This document shows, piece after piece, positions 13,316-25,320 of a stretch of 64,000 bases of DNA. A program made the position numbers and the translations under genes. The stretch is from Octopus bimaculoides. Lineage: Eukaryota. The stretch covers positions 69,664,729 through 69,728,728 of the forward strand of contig NC_068984.1 of the NCBI RefSeq assembly GCF_001194135.2, given 5' to 3'. Each line of letters starts with the position of its first letter. Position 1 is the first letter of the stretch. The notes beneath the pieces were generated by a model, which was not told the DNA's origin, did no database searches, and saw only the letters and a program-made list of their open reading frames with translations.

Positions 13316-14248
13316 TGTAATAGAACGGACATGCGAACCAAAGGAGAATGGCGACGAGACAGAAAAGGCTCCTTTTAACCTGTCGAACGGTCGAACACAA
13401 AAAACAAATTATATAACATAGAAACTCGTCGTGAGTGAGACGCGAGCCAAGTGCCAGTTAAAGAACAGAGTAGGACAGACAACCGTTATATGTATATATA
13501 TATATATATNNNNNNNNNNNNNNNNNNNNNNNNNNNNNNNNNNNNNNNNNNNNNNNNNNNNNNNNNNNNNNNNNNNNNNNNNNNNNNNNNNNNNNNNNNN
13601 NNNNNNNNNNNNNNNNNNNNNNNNNNNNNNNNNNNNNNNNNNNNNNNNNNNNNNNNNNNNNNNNNNNNNNNNNNNNNNNNNNNNNNNNNNNNNNNNNNNN
13701 NNNNNNNNNNNNNNNNNNNNNNNNNNNNNNNNNNNNNNNNNNNNNNNNNNNNNNNNNNNNNNNNNNNNNNNNNNNNNNNNNNNNNNNNNNNNNNNNNNNN
13801 NNNNNNNNNNNNNNNNNNNNNNNNNNNNNNNNNNNNNNNNNNNNNNNNNNNNNNNNNNNNNNNNNNNNNNNNNNNNNNNNNNNNNNNNNNNNNNNNNNNN
13901 NNNNNNNNNNNNNNNNNNNNNNNNNNNNNNNNNNNNNNNNNNNNNNNNNNNNNNNNNNNNNNNNNNNNNNNNNNNNNNNNNNNNNNNNNNNNNNNNNNNN
14001 NNNNNNNNNNNNNNNNNNNGAAGACGACTGGCGTCGTTGGAGCGGGCTTATCTATAGATGAAATAGGGCTCACCAGAAAAACTCTCTCTCACGTGACCTT
14101 ATCTGAAGGCCACGATTGGACGGTATGCACCCTGGCGCGAAGCAGAACTGGGGACAATTGCCGCGCAAATGAGAACTAATCAGGGTGGTGGACACAAAGG
14201 TCCAAAGCAGCCGAAGACTAGATGTTAGCAGCTTCGTTATCGTTTATA
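13316..14248 (-). mobile_element. Solo-LTR-like element, related to 51189-52129, interior in gap
   Basis: Ends TGTAA...TTATA; both ends share blocks with 51189-52129 (catgcgaa..g.gacgag..ggctccttt; gctcaccag..tca.gtgaccttatc.gaaggc..gattgg..gtggacaca); E-box CACGTG at 14090; no TSD seen. Confidence 0.55.
13510..14020. other. Assembly gap
   Basis: N-run after (TA)n. Confidence 0.99.
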
Positions 14249-14710
14249 ATTGAATGCCAGAGAGAGAGGTTTTACTACAGAGTAAACAATGAAAATAACT
14301 TGGTAAGGGAAATTGTTTCGTAATGTGATGAGCAGAAAGTAAATAAGAAATTTTAACAGAAAATAAAGTATTGTACACGTTGAGGCGAAATTTGTCACTC
14401 AGTAAACGAAAGAGCCAGTATCGAAGGAATGAGAAAGAAACCGTCAACAACAGAAACACATAAGACCGTACAGACTGAAGTGAAATTTATGAAGATACTT
14501 CTGTCAGTAAATTATGAAATTACTTACATCAGTAATTGTGAACTTTTTGTTTGTAAATAGCAATTCAGAACTTAGACTTACTGTAAAGACAATAACATGG
14601 AAGTTAAACAATAGCGTCTGAAAAATGAAAGTGAAAAGAAGAGATATAGATAGAGAGATAGATAAAGAGATGTTATGTCTCTGATGCTAGAAAACCGGAA
14701 GTAAATATTT
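14249..14710. promoter_or_regulatory. CpG-retaining unique segment with perfect ETS motif; possible promoter or first exon
   Basis: 9 CpG in ~460 nt versus 2 in 6001-7260; ACCGGAAGT at 14694-14702. Confidence 0.3.
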
Positions 14711-14779
14711 TAAAATCTTTGTAAGACATGAATGTAATGTACAAAGCATTATTTTTTATTTCTGATAATTCTTAATAAA

Positions 14780-14908
14780 AAAATCAAATGAAGACCCTAT
14801 TATATGTGCAAGACCAAATTATTCAGGCAATACAAGTATGGAAGTAATTGGTGAAGCTTTTTGCACATGAGAAGTGAAAATGCTCACATCTCTATTTTAT
14901 ATATTAGA
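14780..14908 (-). mobile_element. Possible Helitron 5' terminus
   Basis: Minus strand reads A|TCTAATATATAAAATAGAGATGTG, typical of Helitron 5' ends. Confidence 0.3.
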
Positions 14909-16394
14909 TACACACACACACACTATACTGCTGAAGACTATCTAAACTGTGGTATTCATTTTGAGTGAACATCTCTTATAGATATATGCTGTTAGATATC
15001 ATAAAAATGTATCAACAGCAGTCGAAAATCAGATAGAAGCATTGTTAAATCTGTATTTCTGCTTTTTTGTGTATTAAAAAAAGCACAGAAATATTCCAGA
15101 AGAAGGTGAAAATTGGCAACATTGACAGTGACATTGCTAAATCCAGATTTCTGCCTTTTGGAGCTTCATGATATTAAACATTCTTAGTACGAACGTGAAA
15201 TAGGAAATAAAAATAGATCTACTGGAAGGACTCAAACCACGAAACTATTGATTGTTACTCTGAGTGGAAAATCATAGACAACATGTATCCTTGATGTTTG
15301 GCTGTTTGACTAACAGTGATAAAGTTTGATTCCTTGATCAGTTGCTGTGTTGTGTCCTGGCATGACATTTCACATTGCTCTAATCTACTCAGATAAAAAG
15401 TTGTGTTTCCTGCAAAGAGTTAAACCCAAAATCTTGCACATGCAAGGTACTGAGGCTCCTTGATAATTATGACACACTGGATGAATATAATGAGTGTAAT
15501 CAGTAGCATGGTCTCCTAGCAAGCAATAGACACATGCTACTAGTCCAACAGTAGTCCTGCTGTTTCTCTCTATTCTCTTTCAGATTGACGCTTGTAATCT
15601 CTTGATACTTCACTTTTAGTTCTAAATCTGTTATTTTAATTGTTACATTGTAATTCTTTGACCTCTTGTAATAGTGTTGGTTTCTTATCTTGTTCTGATT
15701 TCTTATGTAGTCATAAGGTCTCAGATTTATAGGAAGTTGAAATGAAACTGTATGATGTGTATACATTTGTTTAGAGCATTAGTATTTGCAAGTGAAGTGA
15801 AATGTCTACAACTAAGAATCAAAACAGCCATTGACCCAGTTTACTAGTAGCTGAGCTGACATTTACTCTATAATGCTCGCCACATTCCTTATCTAATTCT
15901 TAGTCTTTTTTAGTGTTATGGTCAATATATACACAAAAATGAACGTTATCTGTAAAAGTAATTGATTCTTTTGACATTTTAAACTTCTACACTTGAAAAT
16001 GGCTTAGTTTTATATCAATATTTCTTTGTTTGACTGCTCTTCTCTCTAGTTAATTCTGTTTATGGCATTACGCCACCATGATTAAGTGTCCTTTCAAGTT
16101 TTACAATTGTGGCAGAGACTAAACCTTTCTATACACACAATTAGCTCATAAACTACGAGGTTCCTAATAATTTTTTTTATAGTGTGTCACCTGTGATGAA
16201 GAGATTTACAATCTGATACTCCCAAAGGCTAGCCAACACCACCCTATATTCACTTGTTGCATAACAAAGTATCAAGCTACAGTGCCTTGCTCTATCAACG
16301 TAGCTATGAAAGAGTCTTTACATAGATGCTCAATCTGCTTGAAGTAGCAGCCAAATCTCCTTCACATTACATTTTACAATATCACTGAGTGTAT

Positions 16395-17055
16395 TAGGTG
16401 GTGACCAGGCAGAATTGTTAGCACGTCATTTTTAGCAGTATTTTGTCTGACTTTATATTTTGAGTTCAAATGCCGTGGGGGATGACCTTGCCTTTCATCC
16501 TTTCAGAGTAGAAAAAATAAGTACCAGTTAAACAGTGGAGGCCAATGTAATTGACTTACATCCTCCCCCCAATCTTGCTAACCTTGTAACAAAATTTGAA
16601 ATCAATATTTCACTGGGAATTAAGGAGGTTAGCTGGCAGAAACATTAGCATGCCGGGCAAAATGCTTACTGGTATTTCATCTGCCACTATGTTCTGAGTT
16701 CAAATTCTGCCGAGGTTGACTTTGCCTTCCATCCTTTCGGGGTCGATAAATTAAGTACTAGTTATGCACGGGGGTCGATATAATCGACTTAATCCATTTG
16801 TCTTTCCTTGTTTTCCCCCTCTGTGTGTAGCCCCTTGTGGGCAGTAAAGATATAAGAAACATTAGCATGCTGAGCAAAATATTTAGCGGTATTTTGTCTG
16901 ACTTTACGTTCTGAGTTCAAATGCTGCTGGCTCAATCATGCCTTTCATTCTTTCAAGGTAGATAAAATAAGTACCAGTTAAACACTGGGGTCAATGTGAT
17001 CCACTTACACTCTCCCCTAAACCTGTTGGCTTTGTGCCAAAATTTGAAACCAATA
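16395..17055 (+). mobile_element. Three head-to-tail SINE family B copies
   Basis: Three consecutive tt.tgagttcaaat..ctttc.aataagtac.agtta blocks at about 16460, 16695 and 16910; the third lacks the head start. Confidence 0.82.
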
Positions 17056-17589
17056 TTACAGAATATATCCATTAAGAAGAGATTCAATAATGTTAATCTA
17101 TATTGCTTTAAACAAACTGGATGGTCATATCTAGAATGCCTTTGATAAAAAGACTGCTTGATCAGGGCTGACCTAGGGTTAAGCAATAATAAAAATAACA
17201 ACAACTTACGTTATGAAAACACTGTGGTTTCTAAGCAAAAGTTATATAAATGAAGCTGGAATAAATCATATATTGATTCTATTCGCTTATGGTTTCAGAT
17301 TACATTGAATGTGTTGCTATAACTTAATTAGAAGCACTGTATTTATTTATTCATAAATTATATTAAAATCTTTCCCACTTCACCTGTATAATACAGGCTG
17401 ATGTTATGGCATCATAATTTGAAATTCAACTTAACAAAGTGGAAAATGGAAAACTTCAGTTACATCACTATTTTGATGTTACTCAAAAATATATCTTACA
17501 AATGGAAATAACATATTTCTTAAACACAGATATGTTTATACATGATGCAACTATATTTTCAAGCATAGAAATTGCTTTTGGCTTTTTAC

Positions 17590-17735
17590 ACACTTGACTG
17601 GTGTTTCATTTTATTGATCATGAAGGGATGAAAGGCAAAGTTCACCTCAGCAGGATTTGAACATACAATGTAAAGTGCAAGAACAAATATCCTAAAGCAT
17701 TTTCTTCCAATGCTCTAATGATTCTGCCAGCATGC
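17590..17735 (-). mobile_element. SINE family B, decayed
   Basis: gaagggatgaaaggcaaagttcacctcagcaggatttgaac. Confidence 0.6.
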
Positions 17736-18100
17736 AGTCTGCTAAATTTAAATAAAAAATGCTATAGAGTTGCTGTGATTCTTATTTCTTATAATCAATA
17801 TATGACATAATCCTCATTTATCTATTTATTTATTTTGTTTGAAAAAGCCATTCTGTTCAGGGGAACAAAATTCAATGTTCTCATCTGAATTTTTTTCCAT
17901 TTTTTTTTTCTTTCTATGTTGGGATGGTTGGATAGGTTTTCCCCAGGACTGTACCTTGCCCCTTTTTGATTTCTCTGCCATTTCCTAAGTGCAAAATCTT
18001 CTGGGGATAAGCCTTCACCTCTTTCTCTTCTATAGATTCTTTCCCCTTAGATTGCTTGATACATCTTTATCCAAGTGGCATCCTTATGTATTTCATGTCT

Positions 18101-18240
18101 GAAGAACCGGCAAAAGAGATGATAGAATAAGTACTAGGCTTACAAAGAATAAGTCCTGGGATCGATTTGCTTGACTAAAAGTGGTGCTCCAGCATGGCTG
18201 CAGTCAAATGACTGAAACAAATAAAAGAATAAAAGAATAT
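18101..18240 (+). mobile_element. SINE family A, 3' fragment
   Basis: gaataagtactaggcttacaaagaataagtcctggg..ctccagcatggctgcagtcaaatgactgaaac. Confidence 0.8.
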
Positions 18241-18584
18241 ATAATAAAAGATATATATTTGTGTGCTTGTGTGTATATGTGTGCATGTGAGTGTGAATGT
18301 TTACAAAACTACTCTGAGTTATGGCAACAGAAGCTAACACCAGTTACAAATGGTAATATCATTGTTTGCAGGTATGCTGCAACCAGTGACGTTTGTAAAC
18401 ATTTCTTGCACTTGCAAATTTCACTAAACTGAAAATCCTTTGATGACAGGAAATGCATTCAACTGTAAAAATCCAACCTTAATTTCTTCCCATCTAAGCC
18501 ATGATTACAATGAAAAATAGATGTTAAATGAAATTATGCTCAGTGATTTTAAGACATTGACTGGTCAATCTTTTATCTTTTGTT

Positions 18585-18975
18585 TTTTACTTGTTTCAGT
18601 CATTGGAATGTGGTCATGCTGGAACACCAGTTTGGAGAATTTTAGTTGAATAGATTAACCCCAGTACTTATTTTTGTCTCATGTTTGGTACACATTCTAT
18701 TGGTCACTTTTGCTGAACTGCTAAGTTACAGGGATGTAAACACATCAGCACTGGTTGTGAAGCTGTGCCATGGGACAAAAACAGACACAAAGATACACAC
18801 ACACACACACATATGATGGGAATCTTTCAGTTTCCATCTACCAAATCCACTCACAAATCTTTGGTTAGCCCCAGGCCATATTAGAAGACACTTGCCCAAT
18901 GTGTCACACAGTGGGATTGAACATAGAACTGTGTGGTTGGAAAGCAATCTTCTTACCACACAGCTACACATGCAC
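18585..18975 (-). mobile_element. SINE family A, near full length
   Basis: Collinear with 57595-57953. Confidence 0.8.
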
Positions 18976-19539
18976 CTATCTACTATAATAATGCTCTTTA
19001 GTTTTTCTCCATCACAACAAATGAGTGAGAAAGGAAGGGGTGCTGGAAAACTTGGTAGTAGAATGATAGAAATTATACAGTGAAAATAAATCAAATACCA
19101 TTTCAACTCTGTGTGAGTATATGCATGAGTATGTAAAAGGTACATGAATGTTTGTGTGCAATGGAAGTGGAATGGTGAACATTAAACACTGAAAAAAAAA
19201 AATCAAACAGTGTTCCAACTTTGTGTATTTTGGATTTACTTGCTAGCTCCTGTATTTAGTCACGGCTAGCTTTATGTGGCCTTAAGTTGTACAAGAAGGA
19301 TGGAAAACTTTAAAATTCTTTTGAAGGAAACAAGCAGTCAAGGGATGTTAGTTACAGATAGATTTTTCCCCAAAAATTTGGTAATAAGAGAATTATGAAG
19401 CTAAAAACCTAGTTTTGTACCTTATTTATATATAAAATACTACAATTAGCCATTATTTTTGACAGCATGGGGCCAGCTAGTATTTAATATAATTTGCAAT
19501 GTATACTGTGAGTTAGCATATCTTGTATATAATGTGTTG

Positions 19540-20935
19540 TAAATAATGACAAGCACCCTTTCCCACCCCTGCCACCAATACCAGAAATCTCTCTTTCTTT
19601 CTCTCTCTTTCTTTCCCTTCCTCTCTCTCTCTTTCTTTCCCTTCCTCTCTCTCTTTCTTTCCCTTCCTCTCTCTCTCTCTCTTTCTTCCCCCCTCTCTCT
19701 CTCACCGGAAATCTCTCCCTCTCACTCTTACCGGAAATCTCTTTCTCTCTCTCCCACTGGAAATCTTTCGCTTACTGGGCATCCAGTTGCCCTTCCCCTT
19801 TCTCCTCCTCTATTGGTAATCTTGCTGCCCTCTCCTCTCTCTCCACCTATCCTTAGACTAACTAAGCCAGATAGTAGCCCACTTACCTTTTTCTTGCAAA
19901 ATCAGTAACGTTTCTCCCACAAGGCTCATAATGCTTATGTTTACAATGCCCTAAACATTTTCATATACAATACTTCCTCACTCCCCCACCACCACCACCA
20001 TTAGAGGTAACAACCGAAACATGTCTGAATGATGGTAGGTTAAAAGCAAGAACAACTATTATGATGCCTGTTACCAAACATTCACGGGATCCTTCTTGTC
20101 AGGTACTGAATAACATCTCTCCTTCCAGTGTTACCTCCCATATCTCTTTCCCAGTTTTCAGAGTTAGCACTCTAAAACTAGGTACATTGAAAGGTAGGTC
20201 TAGTGAGATTGTAGAGGTGCTTGAATGGAGGTGTGTTAATGTATTTTGCATACAAGAGATAAGATGAATGACAATGATCTCATCTTTGTGGCTGGAGATT
20301 TTAATGGGCATGTCAGGCAGCGATCTGGTATCTTCCATGGTGTACATGGAGGCCATGGAGTTGGTACCAGAAATGAAGAAGGAACTAGGCTCCTGGAGTT
20401 CTGCGATGCAAATAACCTATGGATCTGCACCACCAACTTCAAGAAACCAGCTAGCCACCTGATAACCTATCAATCAGGTAACTCTGCTAGCCAGATTGAT
20501 TTCATTCTCACTAGACAGCAAAATGCATGGTTGCTCTTGAATATAAATACCTTCCCTAGTGAAGAATATACCCACCCAACATAGACTAATAATTAGTGAC
20601 TTTAGACTCGAGGTCAGAAGAATGCCAAAAACCAGACCAATCTGGAAAAGAAGGACTTGGAAGCTTAGGAACCCTTCAAATGGTCAGAGATTTAGGGATA
20701 TCCTTACAGAGAAATTTGATGATAGGGAGGAGGAGCTACAGTTCTGTGGCATGCAAAAAGTACCCACTACACTCTCGGAGTGGTTGGCATTGGGAAGAGC
20801 ATCCAGCTGTAGAAACTCTGCCAGACCAGATCAGAGCCTGGTGCAGCCGCTGGCTCTGCAGACCTCAGTCAAACCATCCAACCCATGCCAGCATGAAAAA
20901 TGGACGTTGATCGATGATGATGATCATCATCATCC
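19540..20935 (+). mobile_element. RTE LINE deletion derivative: putative 5' UTR, AP-endonuclease and 3' tail, no RT
   Basis: RVSTLKLGTLKGRSSEIVEVLE..CIQEIR; AGDFNGHV; LITYQSGNSASQIDFILTR; TQHRLIISDF; then directly the 3' tail (cccactacactc..cccatgccagcatg..(GAT)n). 5' boundary uncertain. Confidence 0.85.
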
Positions 20936-20944
20936 TCATATGGG

Positions 20945-21175
20945 AAGGAAGTATGGTGAGCTGGCAGAATTGTGGAGAGCTGGGCAAAATGTTTGGCTGC
21001 ATTTCTTCCAGCTTTAAGTTCTGGGCTCAAATACCACTAGGGTTAAATCTGCCTTTCCATCCTTTCAAGGTCAATATGGTAATTACCAATCAAGTACAGG
21101 GGGTGGGGTTGATGAAATAGACTTATCTTCCTCCCACAAAATTTCAGGCCTTGTCCCTATTGTGTAAAGGATTAT
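20945..21175 (+). mobile_element. SINE family B, decayed
   Basis: gagctggcagaattg..gcctttccatcctttcaaggtc..tttcaggccttgt. Confidence 0.7.
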
Positions 21176-21313
21176 TATATAGAAAGATGAAAAAGGACAA
21201 TATATCGATAGAATCATTTGAGTATCAGACACAATGCCTCACATTTTCTTCTGATTCATTACATTCATGCTTCATATCCCATCAAGATTGACTTTACCTC
21301 TTATCTTTTAGGT

Positions 21314-21662
21314 TTGTGGTTTTCAACAATTTTTTCATCTATGGACTCCCTTGATTACTATTTTATTCTGGTGGACTTCCATAGCCATTCAATGTTTAAA
21401 AACTAGTTTTTAAGATACTTCTTTGAAAATTCCTATTTTGTTTTTCACTCATTAACTTGTGTAGATTGATCAATGTAAAATGTTAGAGAAGAAGACCTAG
21501 CTGTTTCTTGCAATCCATACCAATACATACATCTCGACCAAATTTTTTTCAGGGGTCCTTAAAACACTATTGCAATCCCCAATTTAGTATTCTGTTGCAT
21601 GGACCACCAAAAATCTTATGTGGACCCTCAGAGGCCATATTGACCCTGGTTTAGAACTACTG
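21314..21662. mobile_element. hAT (Charlie-type) MITE
   Basis: Decayed TIRs ttgtggttttcaac / gtttagaactactg (cf. CAGTGGTTCTCAAC); 8-bp TSD ttttaggt / ctttaggt (7 of 8 match). Confidence 0.65.
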
Positions 21663-24179
21663 CTTTAGGTAGACAATACAATATAGCACTAGTGAAGTAC
21701 GGAGGTTGATAGTAGTGACTAGCCTCCTGCCATTAAAACTACTGGCCTTGTACCTAAATTAGAAACAAACAATAATATTGAAAAGTGACAGAGAGACAGC
21801 GAGAGAGAAGACGGAAGAGGATGAGAGAGAGGAAGGAAGAGAGAGAGGACAGGAGAGATGGTGAAAGAAGGAGATAGAGAAAGAAAACCAGAATTATCAC
21901 TGGAAGTATCATCAGAAAATTTTTAAAAAGAAACGTATGAAGGTAATCAAATAACTATAAATTATTATGAAAAGTGTTCAGCAATTCTTCTAATAAATAT
22001 TTTTGTTATTAATAAAATAAAGACAAGTTTTAAAGGAATTGAATTTGACACTGACACCACTCACACTTAATGTCTTTTCGTTTTACATGAGAAAAACAAA
22101 TTAACCCAATGTGACCTAGCAGGAACTTAAAACCAAGGTCACATGGAAATTAACAAGTGTCATGGCACAGACACATTGAAAGAACCAGTCTTCAGGGATG
22201 TTACTATACAGACATTATGAATATTAATCGTGGTGATGATAATTAATATTCCTGCATGACACAAACTAAATACAATTTGAAAGCAAAACAACAACAAAAT
22301 TTTTCTCTTTAATATATAAATTGATTGTATCCAATAATTACAAATAGTATTATACCATGTCAGTTGTTTATATTAATCTGCCCAGATTCAAATATATACC
22401 TGATATTAATTTCAAATGCCAATTAATAATCAAGCTTCTGGCTTTTAGGATCTAGTGAATGAGACCAGGTCTTCATTTACAAGAAAAAGAAAAAAAGCTT
22501 TCCAATTAATTCTGAAAATGTGTTTGAGGAAATATTATTATTACTATTAGTATTATTATTATTATTATCATTATTTCGTATATATGTCCAATGTGAATAT
22601 TGTGTACAAGATGTAATTTCAATATTTTAATTTACAAAAAAATTTCAATGCTAGAGTGCAATTTTTCTATAGACTTCTGACAGAAAAGAGTGGTTAGGAT
22701 TTGAGAAGAATTAGATTAATATAAATGTATACTTTTAAAATTAATATTTTAAAACTTAAAAAGCAAAATATTGTTAGAACAAATTAATTGCAGTGTGACA
22801 TGTACACATACATAAACAACTATACACATATATATGCACATTTTAAAGATGAACTTTTTTTTATTTTGTTGTAGACATTTCAATGACTAAATCCAAATTC
22901 ATATTTATTTTCAATGTTCTCTTTTTTTTAGTGCTTGCTTGTTGATGTTAAATAAAAGTAAAATATTGGACATTAACCAATACAAAATTTCAACTTTTAA
23001 TTAATTTAAAACCAAAGCAACTTGATATGTAAATGATAATGCAACGATAAAAAAAAATCTATCTTGGCATTTTTTCATTGTTTACATCAATATTGAATGC
23101 TTTTGCTTTTTTTCTCTTTATTTTCTTAATTTTCACCTCACACTTCAACTTTGAAATTACAAGTTCAGGATAACTAGACAATCTGGCGACAATAGAATTT
23201 CTTCTCAGAATATTTATGAAGACAGATGGAACATGTAAAAAAGGAAAAAAAATCTATGATGCTTTATGTTTTATGAAGAAGCAGAAAAATATAAATTACT
23301 TTAAACAATTAATTGCTAAATCTTATAAGAAATATTCCTACCTTATTTTATTGGTTAATGGTTGTAATTCAATGTAAAACAAACAGAGAAATCAGATTTT
23401 AACATTTGACCACTCATAAGGGGACTGGTTGCTTGTATGTATTGGTGTATTTAGACAGTTATCCGATTCTCATGTACTTTTAAAAGCATATATACATGAA
23501 TGCATACATACAAATATACATACATGCATATATACATATACATATACATATACAAACGATTTTGTTCTCTTTAATCTTGTTTCTGTATGTTGTCATATTA
23601 TACAAAGAATTTTCTAAAACTAAGAAACTAATCGAGCATTTATAGACAAAATTATTGGTTAGTAACTTAATAACACAATACAAATTTTCTTCAGTGCTAT
23701 ATGGAAAGTGGTTTTGAATAATAAGCAGGAAGGAAGTTGGTAGGATTTTAATATGTAGTAAGCTTATTTTAAGGTATATGCAGAAAAGATATAGAGGACT
23801 TTTTGTAGATGTGAAAAGGACTAGGTGTTTAGGTGGGCCAAATGTTCAGGGAACAATATGAGATGAAGAAAAAGGAACTTTTGTTTTTTAAATCTTAAAG
23901 CATTGTACTGAAAATATCTGTGTTAGGAGAGGAGTGCAAGTTGCAGAAATATAAACATAGGGAATGTATGTTGATAGTAAGTCAGTGACTAAAGTGACAA
24001 AGGATGGATGAGGATGAGTTGTTGGAGTGTTATGATAATGCAAACATTAAGGTCAAGTTTACTTGTCAGTCATACTGGATAAAACACAAAAACAAATACC
24101 ACTTATTTACTGTGGCTGATTCAATACTCCATGTCACTACAAATGTGGCTTTGTGCTAACAGTAAGCTATTATTAATAT

Positions 24180-25320
24180 CATCATTAAAGTAGGAGTCAG
24201 CCTTTCAGACATCATAATAAACTTTTCCCTTATACTCTACATCTCTCTGCACCAACTCCCTTGTCTTCATTTCCTCTTACATCATCTTTAGCCATGGTTT
24301 CCTAAATTTCTCTTCCTTTACTTTTTTCCACAATCATTACCCATGTTTCACTCTCATAAACCATGGCACTTCTTACACATGCAGCATACAACTTACTTTT
24401 TAGCTTCAGTACTACTCCTCTTCTTGTTAGCTCACAACTCAGTTTCTAGAACTTCTTTCATGTGCATCTCATTCCAGTTATCCTCTCCAAATCTTTGCCT
24501 TCTCCATTTAACATGCCATCTGGGTAACAACATAAATTTACTCTTTCCATCTTCGCACCATTTTCAAATCAACTCTTCCTTTATCTGTAGCTCCATGCAT
24601 ACCACATACTTAAACATCACTGCCACATTCATATATATCCACCTCGCATTGTTATATTTTCAGCAAATCTGTTACCCTTGAATACATATTGTGCTATTAA
24701 AAGTGCTTGCTCCAACAGCCTTCCTGCTCACTGCAAATGGCTACTTTTCTAATCTTTACATTTTACCATGTGCTTTATTACTTATGATCATCTTCCTGAT
24801 ATCCACCAACATACATTATGCTTTTATACATACTTTTCACCTATTCATCTTCACTTCATCAACAATCTCTGCTATTAACATGAGGACATCTGTTAACATA
24901 GTAAACCCTCTGCTATGCTTCAGGTCAATATTTTCACAGCTACAAAGAGTAGTGGGCCCAATACAAACTCCTGATGCACTACAACATTTACTTCAACTTG
25001 TTACTGTTGTATCCCATATATTGTCAACACTATTTCAACTGCTTATTCCTCTAGTTCTCTCTTTATACCTGTGTTACCTCTTTTCTTGGATCCCAGTCAA
25101 AAGCTTTCCCCAGATTAACAAATGCAAGAAAGAACTTCCTCTTATCTCTTTACTTTGCTTGTAACTGACTTACAATAAAAATTGCATCAGACATTCCTGT
25201 TACCAACATAAATCCATACTGCATTTCATGAATCTTCCATTATCTCCTTATCTTTTCTTAAAAACTCTAATACTGTCATTCCATGTTCCAGTAGCTTAAT
25301 CACTCAGTACCAGTCACAGA
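24180..25320 (-). mobile_element. RTE LINE reverse transcriptase, decayed
   Basis: IKLLEHGM; EMQYGFMLVTGMSDAIFIVSQLQ..FLAFVNLGKAFD; VHQEFVLGPLLF; DVLMLIAE; KLYAACVRSAMVYESETW. Confidence 0.87.

Noticed and set aside
17830-18100. Purine-rich minus strand with partly open frames
   Set aside because: Stops in all frames and no motif I can assign; at best an old repeat or pseudogene scrap.
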